NCBI GenBank assembly: GCA_001275005.1 | Contig: JWZX01003213.1 | Coordinates: forward strand, 1-42,320 | Length of the DNA stretch: 42,320 nucleotides | DNA from: Chrysochromulina tobinii | Lineage: Eukaryota | Direction: 5' to 3' | Shown: positions 32,042-40,968 of the stretch, piece after piece | Layout: each line of letters starts with the position of its first letter | Position numbering within the stretch: the first letter of the stretch is position 1 | The notes under the pieces: model-generated | What the model saw: only the letters and a program-made list of their open reading frames with translations | What the model was told of the DNA's origin: nothing | The model's database searches: none | Position numbers and translations under genes: made by a program

Positions 32042-33226
32042 TGGGTCCGGCTCCCATAAGGTGCAAGAAACGGATGTGTTTTTTAGTAAATAGTGTGAAG
32101 TGCCCGCCGCAGGCGAAAAATTTTCAGGGTCGATCTACGCTTATCGTCAACGGACGCCTGGCACCATCGAACTGCGTTAACGACTGGCCGCCGCCGCCGG
32201 TCCGATGTTGCGAGCTACTTCCGGAGGGCGGGTCCGGCGGCGCTGGCGGGATAGCCTACCTCCAGTTGCGCCTGAGGCAGGTGGGCGCGGGCGCGCGGTA
32301 AGGCGGGGGCTAGCACTTGGCGCGGAGGTCCGGCGGCGGGCTGTGGTGGCGGCTTCGGGCGGCGGCGTAGTCAGTACTGTCGGGATGACGCGCCCGTTGG
32401 CGCGTCCCCCGGAGGGAACGCAAAAGAAGCCACTCGGCGCCGCCGTCGCGTGACGACGACGGTGCAGAGTAACGACGGTGTCGTGCGACCGGCAGCTTGC
32501 CCGCCGCCTGATTGCTGCCTGCAGCCATCAGCACAGCGGCCGTGCGCGCATGACACCGTGTGCCACTCTGTGCGTCCGACTGGCGGTGAAAGCCGCACAC
32601 TGTCAAAGCGCCAGCTTGACTGTGCGCACGCACCAAGCTCGGCTTGGAGGCTCCACGAGTTCAAGTTCCTGCACAAGCAACACGAAGAAGTCGCGCAAGC
32701 TTCACTACGTGGAAAGCAAATGCCCGCCAAAATGACGTACTCAGGAGTGGCACTTAACGAACGCGGCCCAAGGTTTCGGATCCATACGCCAACAACGAGA
32801 TAGAATTCCTGCACTGAACCACCACGGAAAGAGAGCAGCATGCAGATCACGCTGGGACGCGCAAGTGCTCCAGGATGGAAGGAGTATGGAGTTGATTCCG
32901 TGCGCGACCGTTCTCCACTTCATGAGTGAGTGAGTCACCAGTTCGTCAGTCAGTCAGTTTGTTCGTCTTGGGTGGCATGGCGAGTTGAAGCTTCTTGCCC
33001 CCGTGAGGACCGTGTGAGAGTGCGAGTGCTCGATTCCGGCCTTCCGCGAATGGTACACAAGTTTGGGACGTTACCTTTGGGCTCGGGGCGGCGCCCGTAG
33101 CTCGTTTGCCGCTGAGATCGTCTTGTGTACCATTCGGGGTACCCCTCATTCACACCTACCACTCAAGTGTGAACAGCCCAGGCACTATTTACTAATCCTT
33201 CTCGCACCTTATCGGAGCCGGACCCT
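32042..33226. mobile_element. Putative non-autonomous DNA transposon (MITE-like) bounded by inverted repeats
   Basis: 32042-32069 matches the reverse complement of 33199-33226 at 25/28. A second block TTAGTAAATAGTG (32083-32095) is the exact reverse complement of 33183-33195. TA flanks both ends (32040-41, 33227-28). No transposase recognised inside. Confidence 0.7.
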
Positions 33227-33302
33227 TATTTGAAATTATATTTGGAGATACGAGATTCTAGTGATCAACATACTACACGATATGCGGGACTTATGTGGAG
33301 CT

Positions 33303-34516
33303 TCAGTGTTCAGAGTGCGCGCTGGGAACATCGTGCACTGCGCGCTCAACAGGCTCAACCGGACCCTCGAGACGGTAAAAGACGACGGAGAAGCGCTCGC
33401 CCTCGTATGCCGCCACCCAATGCGGGAAGCGCCCGTCGATTCGTGCGAGCTTGTCATGCGTGTCGACGCAGACGACCGATGTCGGGCTTGCCTCGATGCA
33501 CAATTCGCCGCCACGACCGAAGTCGCCGCACGAAAAGCAGTACTGCGCGCACGTGTCGCCCACATCCACGTGCGGGCTGCCGACAAAGTTGTGCGTCACT
33601 GCAATCGAGGTGGGCTCGAATGCAGGCGCGAGGCTCCACAGCGCCTTGGTCGCCAGCTCCCACAGGCGTGCGTACCGGCCTAGCAGCCTGGGCGCCACAT
33701 TGGGCGCCGGGACCCCCTGAGGCCACGGGGTGAGGCCACGGAGCTCTGGATCAGCTGAAGGGGCAATCAGGCTTGGCGCAAGCCTCAGGGCCGGGGATCG
33801 AGAGCTCAGCGGCGCACGAGGACGAGGTAATGCGCCGCATCGACGTTCCTCCCCTTTTTGAGCGGCCACTTGGTGCCCCGCAGTTCGGTCAGCAGAGGCG
33901 TGAGCACTGACGAAGCCAGTGGACATCCCGCTGCCCTCAAAACCCGCCGTGGAAAGCGTTCGGGTGCACAGCGATGCAGCCTGCAGAGAAACGCGATCAA
34001 GCACGCCTTCTTCATTACACGGCCACCATGCTGCTGGGCGCGCGCCTCAGCCGCGGCCAAATCGTTGGAGCCGCAGCCAAATCGTTGGAGCCGCACCCTA
34101 GCCTGCGAGATGGTGAGAGGCTCGAGCTGCTGCTCGAGCGTCGGCATGCCAGGCGGCTCATCAGCGGCGGTTGATGCCGCTTCGCCAAGTGCCGCCGTTG
34201 ATGACGCTTCGCCAAGCAGCGGTGCGAGTGGGTCCTCATCGTCGGTGTGCTGCTGCGATGATGGTGGCTGCCAGCGATGCGGGCGCACGTCGATGGGCGA
34301 ACCGTTGAAATGAGCCAGAGCTGCCTCAACGGCCTCCTCGGATGCCAGCTGGACCAGGGCAAACCCAATCCGTTCACGTGTCTGCGAGTTGCGCCAGCCC
34401 TTGCGACGCAAGGTGACGTTGCGAACCTCGAAAGGCGCCATCATGGTCGTCACGGCAGCCGCGTCGTCGCATGGCCGCACACCACCGAGCCACACAGTCG
34501 AAGCGCGATGGCACAT
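33303..34516 (-). CDS. RRM plus 2OG-Fe(II) dioxygenase fusion protein; 2 exons (34516-33818, 33716-33303)
   Basis: RNP2-like TVWLGGV and RNP1-like RIGFALVQLAS.EAVEAAL..FNG. A 101-nt intron CTC|GTGCGC...CTCAG|GGG joins it in frame to TSIAVTHNF...PHVD..D....FSCGDF..GGEL...DGRFPHWV..YEGERFSVVFY (HxD...H...RxS). Confidence 0.8.
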
Positions 34517-34536
34517 CTTCGGTGCTTGCCGTCCCG

Positions 34537-34569
34537 TCAAGTCAAGTCAATGAGTCAAGTCAAGTCAAG
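34537..34569. repeat. (TCAAG)n pentamer repeat in the 69-bp spacer between two divergent dioxygenase genes
   Basis: tcaagtcaagtcaatgagtcaagtcaagtcaag. Confidence 0.85.
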
Positions 34570-34585
34570 ATGGAACCCCTCCGCC

Positions 34586-35982
34586 ATGGAGCACATTCCA
34601 TATGCTTCCGTATGGTTGGCCCGCGACAACGAAGTTTACAAACATGTTAGCGCTCTAGCTTTCTGGACAACCCCCTCTCCGGAGGCGCGCGCGCGCGCGC
34701 TCTTTCTCTTTCACGCCCTATGTTCACACATCCCATACAGACTCTTCGCTCTCTCTGCGGCCGCCGTCAGGGAGGGGATGAGGACATCGATTCAGGGAAT
34801 TCACATGTACATCCCGTGGCGTCTCTCGCCAGCACGTCATCTGGACCCACGATTTTGCGCAATCGCGAATCCTTTGAGCTCGGATCCTTTGAGCTCCATT
34901 CAAGCGTCCTGCTTCAGCGCCGATGAGGAAGCGGCAGCGAGGGCCTACTATGAGCTTCACGGCTGGGTGCACATTCGTTCTTTTCTGAGTGCAACCGAGG
35001 TGGACGAGCTTCAGGCGGCTGCAGACGCTCTGGAGCGCACTGCCTCGTCGCTGGAGATGAGTGCTAGCGTGGATGGAGTGTACTGCGAAGTCCAGAGCGC
35101 CTCGGGCCGCAAAGGGGAGGCTGCGGTTTATCCGGGCGCGCTTAGAAAGCTGACACGCCCCTCGTCCTCTTCACAAGCCTTCGCATCTTTGCGCAGCCAC
35201 ACACGGCTCTTGGCGCTGCTCACCTCCGTGTGTGGCTTGACCGCGCCACGCTGCGTAACCGACCAGCTGAGCTGCAAGCCGGCAAAGGTGGGGACGGGCT
35301 TCCCCTGGCACCAAGTGCGTGCACCAAGTGCGCCCCGGCTCGTTCCGCCGCGGTTCGATCCGTGCTCTGGGAGCCGGCGCGCGGCGGTCGACCTCTGATG
35401 ACCTCTGGATGACCTCTGATGACCTCTGGATGACCTTTGATTACCTTTGATGACCTTTGATGACCTCTGATGACCTCTGATGACCGCTGATGACCGGACG
35501 TGACGTGACAGGACGCTCCTTGCTACGGCGTCCTGTCATGTTACCGCTGATGGCCTCTGATAAGCGTCTTGTTACGTTGCCCCACGGCGAATTTTCAGGA
35601 CGCCGGCTTTTTGGTTGGGGACGCGAGGCGATCCTTGTTGCGCCACGGTGGCGCGAACGTGGCGCTTGCGCTGGATCCGTCAAACGGATCCAACGGCGGC
35701 TTCGAGGTTCTCGGCGGCACCCACGCGCTCGGAAGCGTCAAGGACCTGAAAGGGCGTTACGACACCGGCGGGGCAGACGACGACGAGGCGCTGTTCGACC
35801 AAAGCCAACGGACATGCCCCAAATTACTACCATCGGACGCGCTGATTTTCCATCCGCTTCTGGCGCACGGCAGCGCCGCAAACAGATCAGGGCGCAGGCG
35901 GCGCCTAGCCACGCTCTGGTTCGTGGGATCCGCATTTCCGGAGGATGAGGCAGAGGCCCAAAGATCCAGAGGCTCTCGATGA
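34586..35982 (+). CDS. Phytanoyl-CoA dioxygenase (PhyH) family 2OG-Fe(II) oxygenase; intron 35315-35598
   Basis: YxxHGWVxIxxFL..EVxEL, KP..GTGFPWHQ|D (HxD split by intron CAA|GTGCGT...TTCAG|GAC), ALD....NGGFEVxxGTH, DALIFH....HGS..NRS...RR. The start at CCGCCATGG 34586 and the first ~100 codons are less certain. Confidence 0.85.
35390..35495. repeat. Tandem array of about ten 10-11-nt units (CTGATGACCT consensus) inside the PhyH intron
   Basis: gacctctgatgacctctggatgacctctgatgacctctggatgacctttgattacctttgatgacc... Confidence 0.93.
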
Positions 35983-36336
35983 GAACTCGAATTTCCGTTC
36001 AGTGCCTACACCCATCGGCACGACGAGGACCATCACGATGCCATCGCCCTACGGCGCGACGCCCCCCCACCCGGGGGCGGGCCGTGAAACTCATCGGAAA
36101 ATCCTCCCCGAGCGTGATGCTGGGTGTTCCATGCCCTCTGCCAAGGGTCGAGTTCTAGGCTTCTAGCCGCCCGATGGTCGCCCGCCTCGTTAGGCACGGT
36201 CCGGTGAGACAAAAGACAACTTTTATTGAGCATAGATTTCCGAGTGCCGTGAAACTACCGGCCCGGTAAAAAGACCAGTAGGTGTGTGCGTGTATGTTTG
36301 GATTCGCGTCGTGTTGAGACAACATGTTCATCGAAC

Positions 36337-39183
36337 ATGGCAGGAACCCGACTCCTAAGCCTTTGTGGTGTCCTCGCGGCGCTACTCGTCCTTTCCAGCT
36401 TCGCAACCCTTGAACTCGATGCCCCTGCCCAACCGCCGCAGTATAGTGCCGCCGCATTGCTTCCCCAGCATACCAATGCGGCGATGGTCCAGCCTAAAGA
36501 CACCGCTTCTTCGCCGCTCGAGCCCAACACCCGATCCCTCCCCATCGCAAACGTGTCAGCGCCCGCCCGCCCGTTTTCGGACGTGGACGTATCCAGGGAG
36601 AGCGGCCGCCTTTCAAGCGGCTGTGCCACCCCGCAGCCTGATTTTGAGCGGGCCGGGCTGCTACAGCTCTTGCCGGCAGTGAGCGTGGGCGCGCGGCCGG
36701 GCTGCCTGGAGGACACGCCCATATGCCAGGCGCTGCGTTACGCTCTCTCGCCGGTCAAGATTCGGGCTGGCCAGCGGCGACAGCTGGTGGTAACGGCCGC
36801 GGCGCACGCTCAGCTCGCGCAGCTCGCGACCTTTACGGAGGCGGCGGCGGCGCTGCGGCTGCCGACTCTGGTGCTGGCCATGGACACGGCAAGCTTTGGC
36901 GCCACGCGCGGCACGACAGCCGCGGGTGTGCTGCTGCTCGGCAGCGAGCCTCCGCTCGCGCGCAAATGGACGGCGCTGCGCGAGATCCTGGCGGCCGGCG
37001 TCGCCGTGTACTGGGCCGACGTGGACGCGGTGCTGGCGGCGGCGCCGTGGCCGTTGCTGTACGGCGACTCCGACGTGGAGGCGCTCTCTGAGGGGTGGGA
37101 CGAGTCGATGCTGCGCGGGCACGTGATGGGTGCGGACGACCCGTCGATGGGCTGGTCGCGCTACTGCGAGACGATGCGCGCCGCGCTGCTCTCGCCTTCG
37201 ATCATGTACCTGCAGCCGACGCGACCGGCGCTCGCACTCACAGAGCAAATGGCGCGACGCGCGCTCGGCTGGGAGTCGGCGGAGGGCGTCGCGTGGGGGT
37301 CGGGCGTGGCCGAGGCGCTCGGGCTGAGCTACGAGCTCCTCACGCCCGCGAGCGATGGGTACCCTCGTGTGGGCGCCAAGTTGCGTATCCTGCATGAAAA
37401 GTGCTGGCTGCACGAGCGGGCTGCGCTCTCCTATCTTGGCAGCGATGGACGCAACTTGATTGGGCGACCCGCGGCGCTGCTGCCCGGGCGCGATGCCACG
37501 AGCATGCCGAGCACCGAGGCCGAGTGCCGTCAGCGATCGGCCTTCGCCTTGTACCATCGCGCCGCCGCCAGCCTAGAGCCGTGCTGGACAGGTCTGGGCA
37601 TCAAGAGCTTACCTCAACTCTGGTCGCTCGAGCGCACGCTGATCGATCCTTTCATGAGCCATCCGGTCCAGTGGGCGCAGACTAAGGCGCTCGTGCTGCA
37701 GACAAAGTGCAAGCGCGCCACTGAGGCCGAGACGGCTGCCAGCCGCACGGCGGCGGCGGCCGGCAGCAGCAGCAGCAGCAGTGGTGGCGGCAGCTTGAGC
37801 GGAGCGACGATCGCAAACGTAGCGGGCGCCACGCCGCGCGCGCTCAATATGCTCGTGCCTGCATCGGATGCCAACTGGCCGATCAACTGTGACCAGCAGC
37901 CCCTGATCTGCGATGTCGTACGCAAGGTGCACCGCGACCGCGCGGTGATGGCGGCCGTGTGCAACCGGAACATCCTGCAAATGCTCGGTCAGTTTGTGGA
38001 GACCGCCCAAAAGGCCAAGGTGCCCAACTTCTTGGTGGTCGCCATCGACCAGCAGACGTCGGACTTTTTGAACAAGCGCGGCGTGGCCAACTATGTGCGC
38101 CCACTGCGCACGCGCTCGGGCTCGACTGACAACCACGCCACCTCGGGCCTCAAGTTCCAGATCTTGTCCGAGCTGCTCTCCGTCGGGGTCTCTGTGCTCC
38201 TCACTGACGTCGATGTGGTGCTCACACAAGACCCGTTCCCCGCGCTCTACCGCGACTCGGACGTGGAGGGAATGTCGGACGGTTGGGACGAGGACTCCGG
38301 ATATGGCTTCATTTATGAGGTGCCCCTCCTGCTCGCCACGCCGGGGGGGGGCGCCGGCGGCGCCGCGGCCGCGGCCAACGCACCCATCCGCTCTGTGCGC
38401 ATGGCCGCGCGCAACTCGGGCCTCTTCTTCCTTTCGGCGACGCACGAGGCGAAGCGGCTGATGGAGATCCTCGCGAAGCGCATGGCCTCTGAAGATGTGT
38501 GGGACCAGTCCGCGTACAACCAAGAGGTCTTCCGTCCCTCGTATGCTCACTACGTCTCGCCGGGCGTCTCGCACCGCGCGATGAACTTCCTGTGCTTCCT
38601 CAACACCAAGGTGCTCTTCAAGTACATGCGGCACGACGCGGAGCTGGGCAACGCACTGCGACACCTGCCCGTGACTGTGCACATCAACTACCACCCCGAG
38701 AAGGAGATGCGCATGGTCTCGGTCTCCCAATTCTACCTCGAAAACCAGCCCAAAGCACTCGACAAGTGGAATGGCGGCGAGGGGCTGCGCATGCACGGCT
38801 GCAGCGGCAAGGTGGGCGTACAAACTAACGAGATGCCCACTCTCACGCCGGGTGAGCTCATCTCACACGTGCTCGCGGGCAACATCGTCAAGGCCGACGC
38901 GGACTGGTCGTGGCCCATGGTCGGCCAAGGCCCCGTGCGCTTCGAGAGCTCGGGGCAGCTCAGCAGCCCATTGGGCGAGGGCTCGTGGGGCACGGTACCC
39001 TCGCAGTGGCGTAAGGACTCGCTACACGTCAAGCTGGTCGGTCACACGTACCTTCTCATGTTCCTCTCCGAAAAGTGGGCCTTTGTGGCGGTGCGCTGCG
39101 ATGACGAGCAGGTGAGCTACGGCCGGCTCATGCAGTCAGCGGTGGCGCCTTTCCAGGTGCCGCGCACCCGGCTCGTGTTTTGA
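36337..39183 (+). CDS. Second double-domain GT77 (RRA-like) glycosyltransferase, paralog of 22111-25011
   Basis: N-terminal TM. Domain 1 has WADVDAV...DSDVEALSEGWD...DDPSMGWSRY. Domain 2 has NHATSGLKF..LSELL..GVSVLLTDVDVV..QDPF..LYRDSDVEGMSDGWD, NSG, WDQ, HINYHPEK..RM. No intron; first ATG at 36337. Confidence 0.9.
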   Translation: MAGTRLLSLCGVLAALLVLSSFATLELDAPAQPPQYSAAALLPQHTNAAMVQPKDTASSPLEPNTRSLPIANVSAPARPFSDVDVSRESGRLSSGCATPQPDFERAGLLQLLPAVSVGARPGCLEDTPICQALRYALSPVKIRAGQRRQLVVTAAAHAQLAQLATFTEAAAALRLPTLVLAMDTASFGATRGTTAAGVLLLGSEPPLARKWTALREILAAGVAVYWADVDAVLAAAPWPLLYGDSDVEALSEGWDESMLRGHVMGADDPSMGWSRYCETMRAALLSPSIMYLQPTRPALALTEQMARRALGWESAEGVAWGSGVAEALGLSYELLTPASDGYPRVGAKLRILHEKCWLHERAALSYLGSDGRNLIGRPAALLPGRDATSMPSTEAECRQRSAFALYHRAAASLEPCWTGLGIKSLPQLWSLERTLIDPFMSHPVQWAQTKALVLQTKCKRATEAETAASRTAAAAGSSSSSSGGGSLSGATIANVAGATPRALNMLVPASDANWPINCDQQPLICDVVRKVHRDRAVMAAVCNRNILQMLGQFVETAQKAKVPNFLVVAIDQQTSDFLNKRGVANYVRPLRTRSGSTDNHATSGLKFQILSELLSVGVSVLLTDVDVVLTQDPFPALYRDSDVEGMSDGWDEDSGYGFIYEVPLLLATPGGGAGGAAAAANAPIRSVRMAARNSGLFFLSATHEAKRLMEILAKRMASEDVWDQSAYNQEVFRPSYAHYVSPGVSHRAMNFLCFLNTKVLFKYMRHDAELGNALRHLPVTVHINYHPEKEMRMVSVSQFYLENQPKALDKWNGGEGLRMHGCSGKVGVQTNEMPTLTPGELISHVLAGNIVKADADWSWPMVGQGPVRFESSGQLSSPLGEGSWGTVPSQWRKDSLHVKLVGHTYLLMFLSEKWAFVAVRCDDEQVSYGRLMQSAVAPFQVPRTRLVF

Positions 39184-39372
39184 GCGTCAACGACTTGCGA
39201 GTTTGCCAGTTTCAGAGCTACATTGAGCTACAGCGTCGGCTGCGTTCGAGTTTTTGATAAGGTCCACGCGTGAGGTGATGATACACACGAGCGACGCGAA
39301 CATGTACTTAGTTAGCAATGAAGGGAGATGAATGAAGGGCAACAACGGGGTTCGGTTCCCACCAGAACCCGT

Positions 39373-39404
39373 CCCCCCCCCCCCCCCCCACATGCCCCCC
39401 CCCC
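39373..39404. repeat. Poly-C tracts
   Basis: Two long C homopolymers separated by ACATG. Confidence 0.8.
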
Positions 39405-39628
39405 GCCGGCAAGCAATGGCGGCAAGACTAGCCCGCAACGCCGCAAGACCGCCCCACGACTCTGCTGGGGACGCCCCCTGGGCTTGAGAACCACGTCTAT
39501 GTTCGCCGTTGATTGACAACGCTGATGGCCCTACACGTCGAAGTTTACGGCGTGACGTACTGTGAACATCGAGGTCTGTGTGAACAGTCGCGTCTCCTCC
39601 TCACTCCCATGTCTTTTTTGCCGTCTTG

Positions 39629-40586
39629 ATGTCGCCTCATGCAGAATTGATGGTGCACATCGCCCCGGCACGCGCGCATGCTAGCGCAACGGCGTGCGCG
39701 TCAGCATCCCTGCGCCAGCATACTAGCCTCCCACACTGTGCCAGCACATTACGCGCACGGTAGCGTCAGCTCGCGCGCTCACACGTACCGACGTCGTTTC
39801 CCCTTCGCAGCTCGATCCGGCGATCCGAGATTGGGTACTCATTCCTCTCGTGGTCATCATGTACCTCATGGGCGTCCTACGCACCAACGTCACAAAGTTG
39901 ATGCACAAAGCTGTGCCGCCGAACGTGGAGCAGGTGAAGCACAACAACATGCTGATGCGCGCGCGGCGGCTACGCGCGAACGCCTCGTTCATTCCGCAGG
40001 CCTCCTTCTCAGCGCGGCGCCACTATTACTGCAATAAGGACACGGGCGTCCTCATGCAGAAGATGGAGGCGCCAACCCGATGGCGGCGATGCAGGATCCC
40101 AATATGATGATGAACATGATGCAGGGCAGCATGGCGATGATGGTGCCGCAGATGGCGATGATGGGCATCGTCAACTACTTCTTCTCGGGCTTCGTGCTGG
40201 GCAAGATCCCCTTCCCGCTCACGCCCTCGTTCAAGGGCATGCTGCAGCGCGGCATCTCGCTCACGACACTCGACACGTCATATGTCACCTCGATGTCGTG
40301 GTACTTTCTGGTCATGTTCGGCATGCGTGGACTGTACTCGATCACGATGGCGGGCGCGGTGATGGACGACACCGCCATGATGCAAGCGCAGATGGGCATG
40401 GGCGCGCAGCAGCCGGGCCAGGTGCCAGACATGGGCAAGCTTTTCCAGGCAGAGGCGGAGAACATGCAGATCGTCGATCACGTATGGTTCCTCGACGCTG
40501 CCGAGGAGCGGCTGCTGAAGGGCAAGCCCACAGCGGTGGGTGGGCTCGCAGATAGTAAACCACCCGCGCGTAAGAAGAAGGACTGA
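39629..40586 (+). CDS. EMC3: ER membrane protein complex subunit 3 (TMEM111/DUF106); intron 39653-39810 and single-base frameshift near 40072
   Basis: Spliced N-terminus MSPHAELM|LDPAIRDWVLIPL, then NYFFSGFVLGKIPFPLTxxFKxMLQRGI....LDxSYVxSMSWYFL..FGMRG. Adding one C at GCG-CC-AAC-CCG-ATG joins the two track ORFs. Confidence 0.93.
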
Positions 40587-40968
40587 ACGCGTGACTCCCC
40601 CCTACGTTGTAACCTGGCCCGAACCGGCCGCGACCCTCGAGTACGGAGCGCAGCATTCCCGAACCCTACCGTTCTCGGGTCGTTTCCACTGTAATGAAGG
40701 TCACTTTTGTGCCACAGGCTGTTTTCCCCCGTGCTTCCGGATAGGGTCTCAGGACGCGAGCTCGGGTGCAGGCACTCGCGAGCGCGCCCGCGACGGGGGT
40801 TTCCGAATCTCTGGTTGCATCGGCTTTTCAAGCTGCTCATGACTTACATGACGCACACGCTGCGCTACCAGATCTACGCGTTTTCCGGGCCAAGAAATGC
40901 CATAATGTGGGCGGGAACTGCGCTCTCTGGTGATTTCTGTCCACTGGCTTTTTCATTATCGGCTCCTC

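Noticed and set aside
32450..32803. ORF inside the inverted-repeat element as a transposase
   Set aside because: It is short, starts at a non-ATG codon, and shows no DDE, zinc-finger or HTH pattern.
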